NCBI GenBank assembly: GCA_964345555.1
Contig: CAYFRD010000001.1
Location: 9,672-73,671, forward strand
From: an uncultured Peptoniphilus sp.
GTDB taxonomy: Bacteria; Bacillota; Clostridia; Tissierellales; Peptoniphilaceae
Reading direction: 5' to 3'
DNA length: 64,000 nt
Shown: one piece after another, positions 49,379 through 59,526 of the stretch
Position numbering within the stretch: the stretch's first letter is position 1
How the letters are laid out: the number at the start of each line of letters is the position of its first letter
Program-made: the position numbers and the translations under genes
Notes under the pieces: generated by a model
What the model saw: the letters and a program-made list of their open reading frames with translations, nothing else
What the model was told of the DNA's origin: nothing
Databases searched by the model: none

Positions 49379-51484
49379 TCAACTGAATAAGGTTTTAATT
49401 GCGTTAGACAGTTTAGTGAAAAATCCTTGTTTCACAGATTTTTCTTCTTCTACTTCGTATTCTTGCTCCATGAAGTAGATCTGTGCGTTCATCTTTGGCT
49501 GATCGTTTTCTATCTTGTAGAGATTTCCGTCGCTGCCGAATCTTCTGCCTTTGAGATTGTCCGCAAATTGTACGTTCATAAATTCTATTATTCTGTCTTT
49601 TATTTTATTGTCAAGAACTGAACAGAGAAGTTCAACTCTGTGTTCGGTATTTCGTGTCATTAGGTCTGCGGATCCGATGTAAATCTTCGGATTTTCTCTT
49701 CCAAGTATATAAACTCTGGCATGCTCCAAAAATCTCCCCACGATGGATTTCGCTTCAATGTTCTGCGTTTTTCCTTCTATTCCGGGAAGTAGGCAACATA
49801 TTCCTCTTATTATCAATTGAACTTTTACTCCGGCGTCGGAAGCCTCTTTGAGTTTGTCTATGAAGTCTCTGTCCGTTAGTGAGTTCATTTTGAAAAAGAT
49901 AAATCCTTCGGATCCCTTTGCAATTTCTTCGTCCATCATATTCAGCAACTCCGGCTTGAGCGTGGATGGTGATTGCAAAAGGTGTTTGTACTTACCGTCA
50001 AGGTTTCCTGTGGAGATGTTTTTGAAAAAGTGTACGGCGTCTTTCCCTATGTCGTAGTTTGCCGTCATGAGTGACAGATCGGAGTATCCTGTGGCTGTGG
50101 ACTCGTTGTAGTTTCCTGTGCCTATCTGTGTGATATAGCTCCAGCCCACTTCGTCTTTAAGGGTTATTAAGCAGATTTTTGAGTGAACTTTGTATCCCGC
50201 CATTCCATAAATTATGTTGCAACCTGCATCGTAAAGTTGTTTTGAATAGTCCAGGTTGTTTTGTTCGTCAAATCTTGCTCTAAGTTCCATTATTACCAAA
50301 ACTTCTTTGCCGTTTTCCGCCGCTCTGCACAGATAATTTACCAGTCTTGAGTTCTTTGCAAGCCTGTAGATGGTTATTTTTATACTCACCACTCTGTCGT
50401 CGTAAGATGCCTGCTCTATTAGTTTTAAAAAGGAGTCCATGCTGTCGTAGGGATAACTTAACAGGTAGTCCTTTTTCTTTACTCTGTCTATTAAATCTCC
50501 TGTAAATCCGATTTTATTTCCTAATTTAGGCAAGTAGTGATTGTATGAGTTCTGTGCTATGAAGTCTTCGCTCAAATAGTCCTTTAGTTCCGATACATAT
50601 TCCATGGAAAGCGGAGCGTCACTTTGAAATATTTGGTTCTTTCCTATATTCAGTTCACTACACAGCAAAATTTCAAAGGATTCTCTTGCTTTTTCATTTA
50701 CTTCCACACGCACCGCTTGGAGTCTTTTTCTCTTTTTGAGGATTTTTTTCATGTGTGATCTGTAGTCCACTTCGTCGTAGGAGATCTCATCATCTGCCGA
50801 CAAGTCTGCGTTCCTCGTGACTCTTATTATAGTCTTTGCCAGCACCTTAGCTTTCGGATAGCACTCGCTGGCAAATTCGTATATTACTTTGGATGTTCTT
50901 ATGAAAGGATATCCTGTGGAAGATGTGAGCTTAATTATTTTGGGAAGTATGTTGGGCAGTGCCATTATCCCGTGATGAATTTGTCCCTTTTCCTACAAAT
51001 CAAGTATTAGATATTCCGATCCGTTTTCTAAAAAGGGAAAGGGTCTTTGAAGGTCTATGGTCATAGGCGACAATATGGGAAGTATGTAGTCCTTAAAATA
51101 TTTATATACAGCTTTTCTTTGAGTCTTTGTAAGTTCATCGGTGTTCAAATTGTATATTCCTGATTTTCTGAATTCTTCTTCAACTATTTCAAAAACTCTG
51201 TCCTTTTTTTCATATAGGTCGTCCATTGTGGAAAATATCAGATCAAGCTGTTCAGACGCACTCAGTCCGCTCTTGTTGTCTATTTGCTGATCGTTTAATA
51301 GGGAAAGGTCCGTCAGTCCTCCCACTCTGACCATGCAAAATTCGTCTAAATTTGAACAAAATATCTGCAGGAATTTCAGTTTTTCAAAAAGAGGCACCGA
51401 TTCATCAAGGGCTTCTTCCATTACTCTTTTATTGAAGTTTAACCAAGATAATTCCCTGTTTTGCGTATAACTATAATCCATCAT
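49379..51484 (-). pseudogene. ppk: Polyphosphate kinase 1 interrupted by one in-frame TAG
   Basis: ORFs 50993..51484 (163 aa; ELSWLNFNKRVMEEA N-terminus) and 49379..50965 (528 aa; HSKICLI and GTGNYNE motifs) are in the same frame. The read-through text is ...GSEYLILDL*EKGQIHHGIMALPNILP. Total length is about 701 codons, the normal PPK1 size. Confidence 0.85.
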
Positions 51485-52391
51485 ATATTATCTCCTTCTG
51501 TTTCAAATAAAGATAACCTTCTCTAACTCCATTTTTGGATATTTCAACTTCTCCTATGTTGAACATCTTCATGACCTCCATGAGTATAACCATGCCGGGC
51601 ACTTGTGTATGAATACGTTCAGGTGTGACTTGGAGTATTACTCCTAAAGCTTGTCTGTCATGTTTTATAAGTCTCAGGCTTAAATCTTCAATTTCATTTA
51701 AAGTTATGTTTTTGTTGGTGTCCTTGGAATGCAGTTCTTGGGTGATATTGCCCGCTGCACGTATGGTTCCGCCCACCCCGTACATATTCCTGGTATTGAC
51801 AATGGGTATTGGATATTCCTTGAGCAGATTGGACACTTGAGATTTCATGGCGTAATATTCCTTGAAGGTGGGTATGATTCCGCTTACATTCTTTTTAAAT
51901 ATAGATAGCGAGCCTTCAGGCAAACTTATGGAGTCTATGTACTCTCCCTCATGTACGAGAATGATTTCCGTGGAACCTCCTCCGATATCGAGGATATATC
52001 CCTCCTGCACATTTATATCGGTTTTTACTCCTAAAAAATCACAAAATCCTTCCATCTTTCCGCTTAGCAATGTCAGATCAAGACCTGTTTCTTTTCTTAT
52101 CTGGTCCAAGACATAGGTGGAATTATCCACGTTTCTTATGGCAGCTGTGGCGAAAATATAGTATTCATCAATGGAAAGATCTTCGATGATTTTTTTGAAT
52201 TTGTTTAAAATTTTTATAACTTTTTTTATTCCGATTTCAGCCATCTTATTATCTTCCACATAGGAACTTAGTCCTGCGAAAGTCTTTTTGCTGGATATGA
52301 CTCTGTACTTGCCCTTATTGTCGTTGTAAATATTAAATCTGATGGTGTTCGAACCTATATCAACTATCCCGTACATTCCTCTGTCTTCCAT
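51471..52391 (-). CDS. ppx: Ppx/GppA-family exopolyphosphatase
   Basis: IVDIGSNTIRF and DIGGGSTE actin-like ATPase-fold motifs; 306 aa. It overlaps the ppk start by 14 nt. Confidence 0.88.
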   Translation of the reverse strand: MEDRGMYGIVDIGSNTIRFNIYNDNKGKYRVISSKKTFAGLSSYVEDNKMAEIGIKKVIKILNKFKKIIEDLSIDEYYIFATAAIRNVDNSTYVLDQIRKETGLDLTLLSGKMEGFCDFLGVKTDINVQEGYILDIGGGSTEIILVHEGEYIDSISLPEGSLSIFKKNVSGIIPTFKEYYAMKSQVSNLLKEYPIPIVNTRNMYGVGGTIRAAGNITQELHSKDTNKNITLNEIEDLSLRLIKHDRQALGVILQVTPERIHTQVPGMVILMEVMKMFNIGEVEISKNGVREGYLYLKQKEIIYDGL

Positions 52392-52461
52392 AAAATCCCC
52401 CTGATTATACTACCTATTTATACCATGCCTTTGTATATTTTCTGTAAAGTCACTGTAAATA

Positions 52462-52989
52462 TTATATTTCCTTTTCTTTTTTGTGCCTGTTGCTTGCGTA
52501 TTTTAAAATCAACTCTGCTATTTTTGAGCAGATATATCCAAGCACTGCTCCTGCCATAACGTCCGTGGGATAATGAACATATAGGTACAGCCTTGTAAAT
52601 GCCATCAGCACTCCCACAAATATCATAAACACGCCCAATTCACTATCGTAGTGCTTTATGCTGAATGCAGTCGCAAAGGCGGAGTATGTGTGCCCTGACG
52701 GAAATGAAAAATCCTTTAAAGGTTCAACTATTATGGGTGTGTTGAATCTGGCATAGGGTCTGATTCTCCCTATGGTCGGTTTCAATAATAAATTACCCAA
52801 TATCAGACACATAATCAAGGAAATCACAATGTGAATTCCCATCTTTCTCGTCTTTTTATTAAATATCAGCACAAGACCGATTGTTACAAAAACCGCTCCT
52901 CCAGAGCCCAAAAGGTTAAAGGCTATGGACATATGATCAAGAAATGTGTTTTGAAATTTCGCAATAAAATCTAAGATAAATTTTTCCAA
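52462..52989 (-). CDS. PAP2-family membrane phosphatase
   Basis: All three PAP2 motifs are present: KPTIGRIRP, PSGH, and TRLYLYVHYPTD. Confidence 0.85.
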   Translation of the reverse strand: MEKFILDFIAKFQNTFLDHMSIAFNLLGSGGAVFVTIGLVLIFNKKTRKMGIHIVISLIMCLILGNLLLKPTIGRIRPYARFNTPIIVEPLKDFSFPSGHTYSAFATAFSIKHYDSELGVFMIFVGVLMAFTRLYLYVHYPTDVMAGAVLGYICSKIAELILKYASNRHKKEKEI

Positions 52990-53107
52990 TGAACTGTTCC
53001 TCTCCCAACAATATTACTCAATTATATTTATATCCAAATTTCTATCTTATTAAAAATTTTAGGGTATATAATATATATTATTACATTATTAATGATAAAG
53101 GTGAATT

Positions 53108-54844
53108 ATGGTATCGAAATTATTGTCCTATGTTAAGGATTACAAAAAATACGCACTTCTTTCTCCCGTATTTGTGGTAACTGAAGTTGTAATGGACATT
53201 TTTATCCCTTATCTCATGAGTCTGATCATAGATAGGGGTATAAAATTGCACTCTGAAAGTGAAATTCTAAGACTCGGCTCACTACTCATAGGTGCGGTAA
53301 TAATCGCACTTATAACGGGAATACTCTCCGGATACTTTGCTACGAAAGCCTCTGCCGGATTTGCGAAAAATTTGAGATTTGCTATCTACAAGAGAATTCA
53401 GGAATTTACTTTCAAAGACATAGAAAAATTCTCCACGGGCAGTCTTATGACCAGAATGACTTCCGATGTGCAAAATATTCAAGTTGCCTTTCAAATGAGC
53501 ACAAGATTGGCAATACGCTCTCCCCTGATGATGACCTTTTCTCTTTTTATGGCACTTAGAATAAATAAACCCTTGGCTTTAAACTTCCTGATCATCTTCC
53601 CCATAATAGGGTTTGGAATTTATTTTATTTTTTCAAACGCCAGTCCTCTTTTCAAAATAATCTTCAGGACCATCGACAAACTCAATTCTGTCGTTTCTGA
53701 AAATCTCTTGGGCATAAGAGTCGTTAAGAGTTTTAACAAAATGGATCATGAAAGTGAAAAATTCAACACTGTTTCCGAAGATATTTACAAGTACAATGTC
53801 AAGGCCTCAAAACTGATGGCACTTTCAAACCCTCTCATGCAATTCTGCCTTTACGTCATAAGCATAATGATTGCATGGTTCGGAACGCACTATATACTGG
53901 ATTCCACTCTCATGACAGGAGAACTTCTGAGTATGCTGACATACTCTTTTCAAATTCAAATATCACTGATGATGCTGTCCTTTGTGCTGATAAATGTCAT
54001 TATAGCCAAGAGCAGTGCGGAACGTGTTCTTGAAGTTCTCAATCAAGAACCCTCCATGGATTTGAATTTAGACGGTGAAAAAAATGTTAAAAATGGAAAT
54101 ATAGAATTCGTAAATGTTTTGTTTTCCTATGCAGATGACGAAGACAAATGCATACTCAAGGGAATAAACCTCTCTATTAAGGAGGGCGACAGAGTGGGCA
54201 TAATCGGTCCTACAGGATCGGGCAAGACCTCTCTTGTAAATTTAATTCCTCGTCTGTATGACACCTATGCAGGCATTGTAAGAGTGGGCGATTTAGATGT
54301 AAAGGACTACAATATAAAATCTTTGAGAGATGCCGTATCCGTAGTGCTGCAAAAGAATCAGCTGTTCACGGGCACAGTCCTTGAAAATTTGCGATGGGGA
54401 AATAAAAACGCCTCTCCGGATGAAGTGGTAAGAGTTGCAAAAATAGCACAGGCTCACGACTTCATTATGGAGTCCAAGGACGGATACCACAGAAAGGTGG
54501 AAAGAGGCGGAACGAACTTCTCCGGAGGGCAAAGACAAAGGCTCTGTATTGCAAGAGCGCTTTTAAAAAATCCTAAGATTTTAATTTTAGACGACTCTAT
54601 GTCAGCTCTCGACACTCAGACGGAGAACAGTATAACCTCATCTCTTAGCGAAACAAGACCTGACATGACCACCATAATAATATCCCAAAGGATTAAATCC
54701 ATAAAGAACACCGACTATATATTGGTCATGGACAAGGGAAAAATAGTAGACAAAGGAACTCATGAAGAGCTTCTTATCTCCAGTGAAATATACAGAGAAA
54801 TAAGTGAAACTCAAAGTGAAAAAGGTGATTTTGATGCAAAATAA
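53108..54844 (+). CDS. ABC exporter, fused permease/ATPase (heterodimer subunit 1)
   Basis: Six-TM domain plus a nucleotide-binding domain (GPTGSGKTS, FSGGQRQRLCIARAL, ILILDD). Confidence 0.9.
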   Translation: MVSKLLSYVKDYKKYALLSPVFVVTEVVMDIFIPYLMSLIIDRGIKLHSESEILRLGSLLIGAVIIALITGILSGYFATKASAGFAKNLRFAIYKRIQEFTFKDIEKFSTGSLMTRMTSDVQNIQVAFQMSTRLAIRSPLMMTFSLFMALRINKPLALNFLIIFPIIGFGIYFIFSNASPLFKIIFRTIDKLNSVVSENLLGIRVVKSFNKMDHESEKFNTVSEDIYKYNVKASKLMALSNPLMQFCLYVISIMIAWFGTHYILDSTLMTGELLSMLTYSFQIQISLMMLSFVLINVIIAKSSAERVLEVLNQEPSMDLNLDGEKNVKNGNIEFVNVLFSYADDEDKCILKGINLSIKEGDRVGIIGPTGSGKTSLVNLIPRLYDTYAGIVRVGDLDVKDYNIKSLRDAVSVVLQKNQLFTGTVLENLRWGNKNASPDEVVRVAKIAQAHDFIMESKDGYHRKVERGGTNFSGGQRQRLCIARALLKNPKILILDDSMSALDTQTENSITSSLSETRPDMTTIIISQRIKSIKNTDYILVMDKGKIVDKGTHEELLISSEIYREISETQSEKGDFDAK

Positions 54845-56720
54845 ACCCAATAAAGCAAAAATAACATCTCCTGAAAATATTGAAGCTCTTAAGAGAATAT
54901 TGAAGCTGTTTTTCAGCAGATCAAAATCAAAATTTTTCATAATAATATTGCTGGTAATATGGTCGGGATTCATCGGGATACTTCCCTCAATATTTTTAAA
55001 AATACTGATCGACGAGCACATAACTCCCATGTTGGCTCAAGAAGTGCCCAACTTCACACCTCTGATCAAACTTTTGATCAATTTCATGTTCATATACTTG
55101 AGCGGTGTGCTTGCAACTCTCATCTACTCGAGAATGATGGTGGATATTTCCGAAAGCATATTGAAGGATTTGAGGAATAAACTCTTTAATCACATGGAAA
55201 CTCTCCCCATATCCTATTTCGACAGCAGATCTCACGGCGATATAATGAGCGTATACACCAACGACATAACGACATTGCAACAATTGATGACAAATACCTT
55301 CCCCAATCTTTTCTCCTCCATTGTCACCATAACTGCGGTCATAATTGCAATGATTATATCCTCTCCAATACTATTCATAGTTGTGGTCATTTCTATGAGC
55401 GCTCTTTTGGCGGCTCTAAACAATATAGGCGGCAAATCCTCCGAATACTTTTTAAAACTGCAACAGTCTCTTGGAAAGCAAAACGGATTTGTCGAAGAAA
55501 CCATTGACGGGCAAAGGGTTATAAAGGTGTTCTCTCATGAAGAGGAAATAATAAAAAACTTCACAGAAATAAACAACGAACTGGCAAAAAACACCACTCT
55601 GGCAAACAGATATTCATTAATTCTCATGCCCATAGTTTTTAACATAGGCAACTTACAATACGCATTTTTAGCAATAGTGGGAGGACTGTTGGCTGTCAAC
55701 GACCTCTTCGGTATAACCATAGGTACAATCGCCTCCTTCTTACAACTTTCCAAGAACTTCGGCGGTCCCATAAGAAATATCTCGCAACAAATGAACCAAG
55801 TTGCAAGCGCCTTGGGCGGTTCAAGGAGAATATTTCAAATGCTTGAAGAAGAACCCGAAACCGATGAAGGGTATATCGAGCTGGCATATCTATGCGACGA
55901 TGCCGAGGGCAAACCCTTTGAATGCTCCGATAGAAGCGGCTATCCCGCATGGAAAAATCCCAAGACCGGCGAATATAAAAAATTAAAGGGCGATATAAGA
56001 TTCAACAATGTATACTTTTCCTATGACGGGAAAAAGCCTATACTGAATGACATATCACTCTATGCAAAACCCGGACAAAAAATTGCTTTAGTCGGTGAAA
56101 CAGGCGCAGGGAAAACTACCATCACCAATCTCATAAACAGATTCTATGAAATAGATTCAGGATCTATCACATACGACGGAATAAATATAAAGGATATAAA
56201 AAAATACGACCTGAGAAATTCTCTGGGTATAGTGTTACAGGATACAAATCTATTCTCCGGAACAATCAACTACAACCTGGCTTACGGCAAGGGCAAAATC
56301 GACGAAGAAGAAATTATAGAAGCTGCTAAAAAATGTCAAGCTCACGATTTTATAATGCTGTTACCTGATGGATATGACACCTATATCGATGCTACTAACC
56401 TGGATATATCTCAAGGACAGGCACAGCTTCTGTCCATAGCCAGAGCGGAAATCTACGACCCTGCTGTGCTGATTTTAGACGAAGCAACTTCATCCATCGA
56501 CTCACGTACGGAAAAACTCGTGCAGAACTCCATGGACGAAGTCATGAAAGGCAGAACCACCTTTGTAATTGCACACAGACTTTCCACAGTCAAAAACTCC
56601 AATGCGATAATAGTCCTTTCCAAGGGACAGATCATTGAAAGAGGAGATCATGACGACCTCCTTAAACAAAAGGGAGTGTACTACAAGTTATACACAGGAG
56701 GATTTGAAGAGTCCGATTAA
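54834..56720 (+). CDS. ABC exporter, fused permease/ATPase (heterodimer subunit 2)
   Basis: Start at ATG 54834 (MQNKPNK), overlapping the upstream stop. The nucleotide-binding domain has GETGAGKTT, ISQGQAQLLSIARA (a degenerate signature) and LILDEA. Confidence 0.9.
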   Translation: MQNKPNKAKITSPENIEALKRILKLFFSRSKSKFFIIILLVIWSGFIGILPSIFLKILIDEHITPMLAQEVPNFTPLIKLLINFMFIYLSGVLATLIYSRMMVDISESILKDLRNKLFNHMETLPISYFDSRSHGDIMSVYTNDITTLQQLMTNTFPNLFSSIVTITAVIIAMIISSPILFIVVVISMSALLAALNNIGGKSSEYFLKLQQSLGKQNGFVEETIDGQRVIKVFSHEEEIIKNFTEINNELAKNTTLANRYSLILMPIVFNIGNLQYAFLAIVGGLLAVNDLFGITIGTIASFLQLSKNFGGPIRNISQQMNQVASALGGSRRIFQMLEEEPETDEGYIELAYLCDDAEGKPFECSDRSGYPAWKNPKTGEYKKLKGDIRFNNVYFSYDGKKPILNDISLYAKPGQKIALVGETGAGKTTITNLINRFYEIDSGSITYDGINIKDIKKYDLRNSLGIVLQDTNLFSGTINYNLAYGKGKIDEEEIIEAAKKCQAHDFIMLLPDGYDTYIDATNLDISQGQAQLLSIARAEIYDPAVLILDEATSSIDSRTEKLVQNSMDEVMKGRTTFVIAHRLSTVKNSNAIIVLSKGQIIERGDHDDLLKQKGVYYKLYTGGFEESD

Positions 56721-56738
56721 TCGGACTCTTTCTTTTGT
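56708..56738 (+). terminator. Intrinsic terminator overlapping the ABC operon stop codon
   Basis: Perfect 22-nt palindrome AGAGTCCGATTAATCGGACTCT (56708..56729), followed by TTCTTTTGTT. Confidence 0.8.
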
Positions 56739-56785
56739 TGACTATATCTTCTTAAATATCTAAAATATACTTAAAGGAGATGAAT

Positions 56786-57433
56786 ATGAACAAATCTTTA
56801 GTTAATGACTTAAAAAAAATATCAACATACATATTATTCTATGTTTTCATAAGTGCACTGATAATTTACTTCGACTTCAACAGAAGATACTTGATATTCA
56901 ATGCGGGACTTAGTTTAATCGCTTACATATCCAGCGGATTTGCCACTGTAAAAAAACATGTTTTGCTCACTTTGCTTGCCCTTTTCATAACTGTGGTATT
57001 CTTTCCCAACGCTCTTTATATGTTCACCGACTACATTCACATAAGAACCTCTGAGTACTACAAGACATCTGCCGCAGGTGCAATTTACAACATGGATTAC
57101 TCAAGCTGGATAAAACTCGCAGTGGACGCCGGCATGATCACGCTGTCTCTGGTGTTGAGTTACGAAACCTTTGTAAATATACTCAAAGCTGTGAAGTGTT
57201 ACGGATATAAAATAGCCGGTTTTTTTCTGTCGGTATTCATATCTGCAATAAGCGGATTTGCAATCTACATAGGTCGTTTTTTGAGATTGAATTCCTGGGA
57301 TATCTTCGCACTGCCTTCCATGCTTAGAAGCATGATAGCAGGATTTGAAACCAATGATTATTATTTAATCGCAACCTTTGCAATTTTTCAATTTTTTATA
57401 ATTTTGCTCTTTGCAAATTTAAAAAATAATTAG
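56786..57433 (+). CDS. DUF1361-like multi-pass membrane protein
   Basis: Hydrophobic protein of about 215 aa (FFPNALYMFTDYIH, GRFLRLNSWD resemble DUF1361). The start is moved to ATG 56786, 6 nt after GGAG. Confidence 0.6.
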   Translation: MNKSLVNDLKKISTYILFYVFISALIIYFDFNRRYLIFNAGLSLIAYISSGFATVKKHVLLTLLALFITVVFFPNALYMFTDYIHIRTSEYYKTSAAGAIYNMDYSSWIKLAVDAGMITLSLVLSYETFVNILKAVKCYGYKIAGFFLSVFISAISGFAIYIGRFLRLNSWDIFALPSMLRSMIAGFETNDYYLIATFAIFQFFIILLFANLKNN

Positions 57434-57495
57434 TTTTGCACAAGAAAACTTGATATTATTTTTGTTTGGACTAAAATATGTCTAAGGAGGAAAAA

Positions 57496-57831
57496 ATGAA
57501 AGCTTTATTTATAGTTTTAAATCACGAAAAACACGTCAACAATCTTTTGATTGAATTTGACAAAAACGGACTCAGAGGCGGAACCATTCTCGAGAGTATG
57601 GGCATGGCACAAACCATGGCGGAACGCTCTATCGGCGGTAGTTATGCCTATTTAAGAAATATGCTCAGCGGCGGAAGACCCTACAATAAGACCATATTTT
57701 TAATTTTAGATGATGACAGACTTCAACTGGCTAAGGAATGTGTCAGAAAAGTAGTTGGAGATTTGGGACAAGAAAATGTCGGAATTATGTTTAATTTCCC
57801 CATTAGCGAAATCGAGGGATTGACGAAATAA
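57496..57831 (+). CDS. PII-like/DarA-like small signal-transduction-fold protein (111 aa)
   Basis: Start at ATG 57496, 6 nt after TAAGGAGG. A beta-alpha-beta-(long loop)-beta-alpha-beta pattern: KALFIVLN / HVNNLLIEFDKNG / GGTILES / loop MGMAQTMAERSIGGSYAYLRNMLSGGRPYN / KTIFLILDD / LQLAKECVRKVVG / GIMFNFPI. Its stop overlaps the antiporter ATG by 1 nt. Confidence 0.5.
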   Translation: MKALFIVLNHEKHVNNLLIEFDKNGLRGGTILESMGMAQTMAERSIGGSYAYLRNMLSGGRPYNKTIFLILDDDRLQLAKECVRKVVGDLGQENVGIMFNFPISEIEGLTK

Positions 57832-58999
57832 TGAGTATGTTTTATATCGCTGTTTTATTATTCAGCGGAATGATTTTCGGACGTATCTTTTCCAAGATTA
57901 AATTTCCCGAAGTCACGGGATTTTTAATAGGAGGAATAATTATCGGTCCCTCGGTACTGGGACTGATAAGCTCCGAAGGTGTAAAATCTTTAAATGTAAT
58001 AAGTGATGTAGCGCTTAGTTTTATAGCTTTTTCCATAGGTTCCGAAATGAAAATTTCAGTGCTTAAAAACCTTGGAAATAAAATAGTACTTATAACGCTA
58101 TTTGAAGCCCTGGGCGCTTTTTTTGTTGTTCTTATAGGAACGATGTTGCTGTCGGGAATGGATATAGCCTTTTCCCTTACCTTGGCAAGCATTGCCTGTG
58201 CTACAGCTCCTGCCGCCACACTTATGGTAATAAGAGAGTACAGGGCTAAGGGCGAATTGGTAAATGTACTGTTACCCGTTGTGGCTCTTGATGATGCCGT
58301 ATGTATCATAGTGTTTGGCATTTCATCTTCAATTGCCGTGAATATTTTACAAGGCGGAGAATTGAATTTTCTCACCATGTTCGGTGTGCCCCTTCTCGAA
58401 ATTCTTTTGTCCATAGTTATAGGAGTAATAGGAGGAATTGCCTTTTCCTTCGTATCTAAAAAAATTAAGACGGAAAATGAACTCCTTGCATTTACCATAG
58501 CTGTAATTTTTCTATTAGATTCAATAGCTAATTTAAACGGACTCTCAAGTCTTTTGACCCTGATGACCGCATCGGTGATAATAGCGAACTTGGGAAATGT
58601 GTCCAGAAGATATTCTGATCTGATAGACAGATTAACCCCTCCCATATTCATGTGCTTCTTTGTACTGTCGGGAGCGGATTTAAATCTTTCCAGTTTGAAG
58701 ACCGTAGGTGCAATAGGAATTTTCTATGTACTGGGCAGAACACTGGGCAAGTACATGGGTGCTTACTCCTCTGCAAAAATCACGGGAATGTCCAAGAATA
58801 TTCAAAAATATCTGGGACTCACCCTTGTTCCTCAAGCAGGGGTTGCCATAGGACTGAGTTTAATCGCCAGTCAAAAAATCCCCGACCCTCATGGAACTAT
58901 GATAAGAACATAATACTCGGCGCAACCATAATATACGAATTGGTTGGACCGCTGCTGGCTAAAGTCGCTCTTAAAAATACCGGCTGTATAGAAAATTAA
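57831..58999 (+). pseudogene. CPA2-type cation:proton antiporter (no RCK domain) with a 1-nt frameshift near the 3' end
   Basis: ORF 57831..58913 (GFLIGGIIIGPSVLG..., LVPQAGVAIGLSL) stops at ...PDPHGTMIRT*. The conserved C-terminal helix NIILGATIIYELVGPLLAKVALKNTGCIEN continues in the -1 frame to 58999. The shift must lie between 58859 and 58913; candidate sites are A6 at 58873..58878 and C4 at 58880..58883. Confidence 0.8.
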
Positions 59000-59010
59000 A
59001 TAAATAAAAA

Positions 59011-59047
59011 ACACGATAAATTTCTTGAGAGATTTATCGTGTTTTTT
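59011..59047. terminator. Bidirectional intrinsic terminator
   Basis: Perfect 11-bp stem ACACGATAAAT (59011..59021) / ATTTATCGTGT (59032..59042), flanked by an A-run and a T-run, between the convergent antiporter and rlmH genes. Confidence 0.8.
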
Positions 59048-59049
59048 AT

Positions 59050-59526
59050 TTATTTATGATATGGGAAGTTATTTATTATTCTGAAAGCTCTGTAGATTTG
59101 CTCCAAAAGTATCAGTCTCATCAGTTGGTGAGGAAAGGTCATATCCGAAAAAGAAAGCCTTAAATCAGCTCGATTCAATACTTCCTCCGACAGACCCAAA
59201 GAACCTCCGATTACAAAATTCACCGTAGAATCGCCCTCCAACATAATGGAGTTCAGCTTATCTGCAAAGGACTCAGATATAAATTTTTTACCCTTGATGT
59301 CCAATGCTATGGTGTATCCGCCCTTGATGTGTCTGAGCAGTTTCTCTCCTTCTTTGAATTTGATGCTTTGTTCATCTCTTGTCGAAAGATTTTCAGGTGC
59401 ACTCTCATCAGCCACTTCAATGATATCTGTATTGCAATGAGCGGACAACCTTTTGACAAATTCTGCGATTCCTTCTTTTATATATTTTTCTTTGATTTTT
59501 CCCACTGCTAAAATATTTACGTTCAA
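59050..59526 (-). CDS. rlmH: 23S rRNA (pseudouridine1915-N3)-methyltransferase
   Basis: 158 aa. SPOUT-type pattern ILAVGKIKEKYIKEGIAEF...FVIGGSLGLS...LSFSDMTFPHQLMRLIL. Confidence 0.9.
   Translation of the reverse strand: MNVNILAVGKIKEKYIKEGIAEFVKRLSAHCNTDIIEVADESAPENLSTRDEQSIKFKEGEKLLRHIKGGYTIALDIKGKKFISESFADKLNSIMLEGDSTVNFVIGGSLGLSEEVLNRADLRLSFSDMTFPHQLMRLILLEQIYRAFRIINNFPYHK

Noticed and set aside
50993-50995. TAG in ppk1 as a pyrrolysine codon or reassigned sense codon
   Set aside because: No pyl genes are seen in the window. TAG functions as an ordinary stop here (for example folC ends in TAG at 26223..26225). Pyl-containing PPK is not known, so nonsense mutation or base error is the simpler reading.
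57842-58651. 269-aa ORF antisense to the CPA2 antiporter gene, the longest unexplained ORF in the track
   Set aside because: The sense strand has clear CPA2 motifs and TM periodicity. The antisense product is Ser/Thr/Ile/Pro-rich, as expected for a shadow frame of a membrane-protein gene. It has no SD, and no independent gene fits here.
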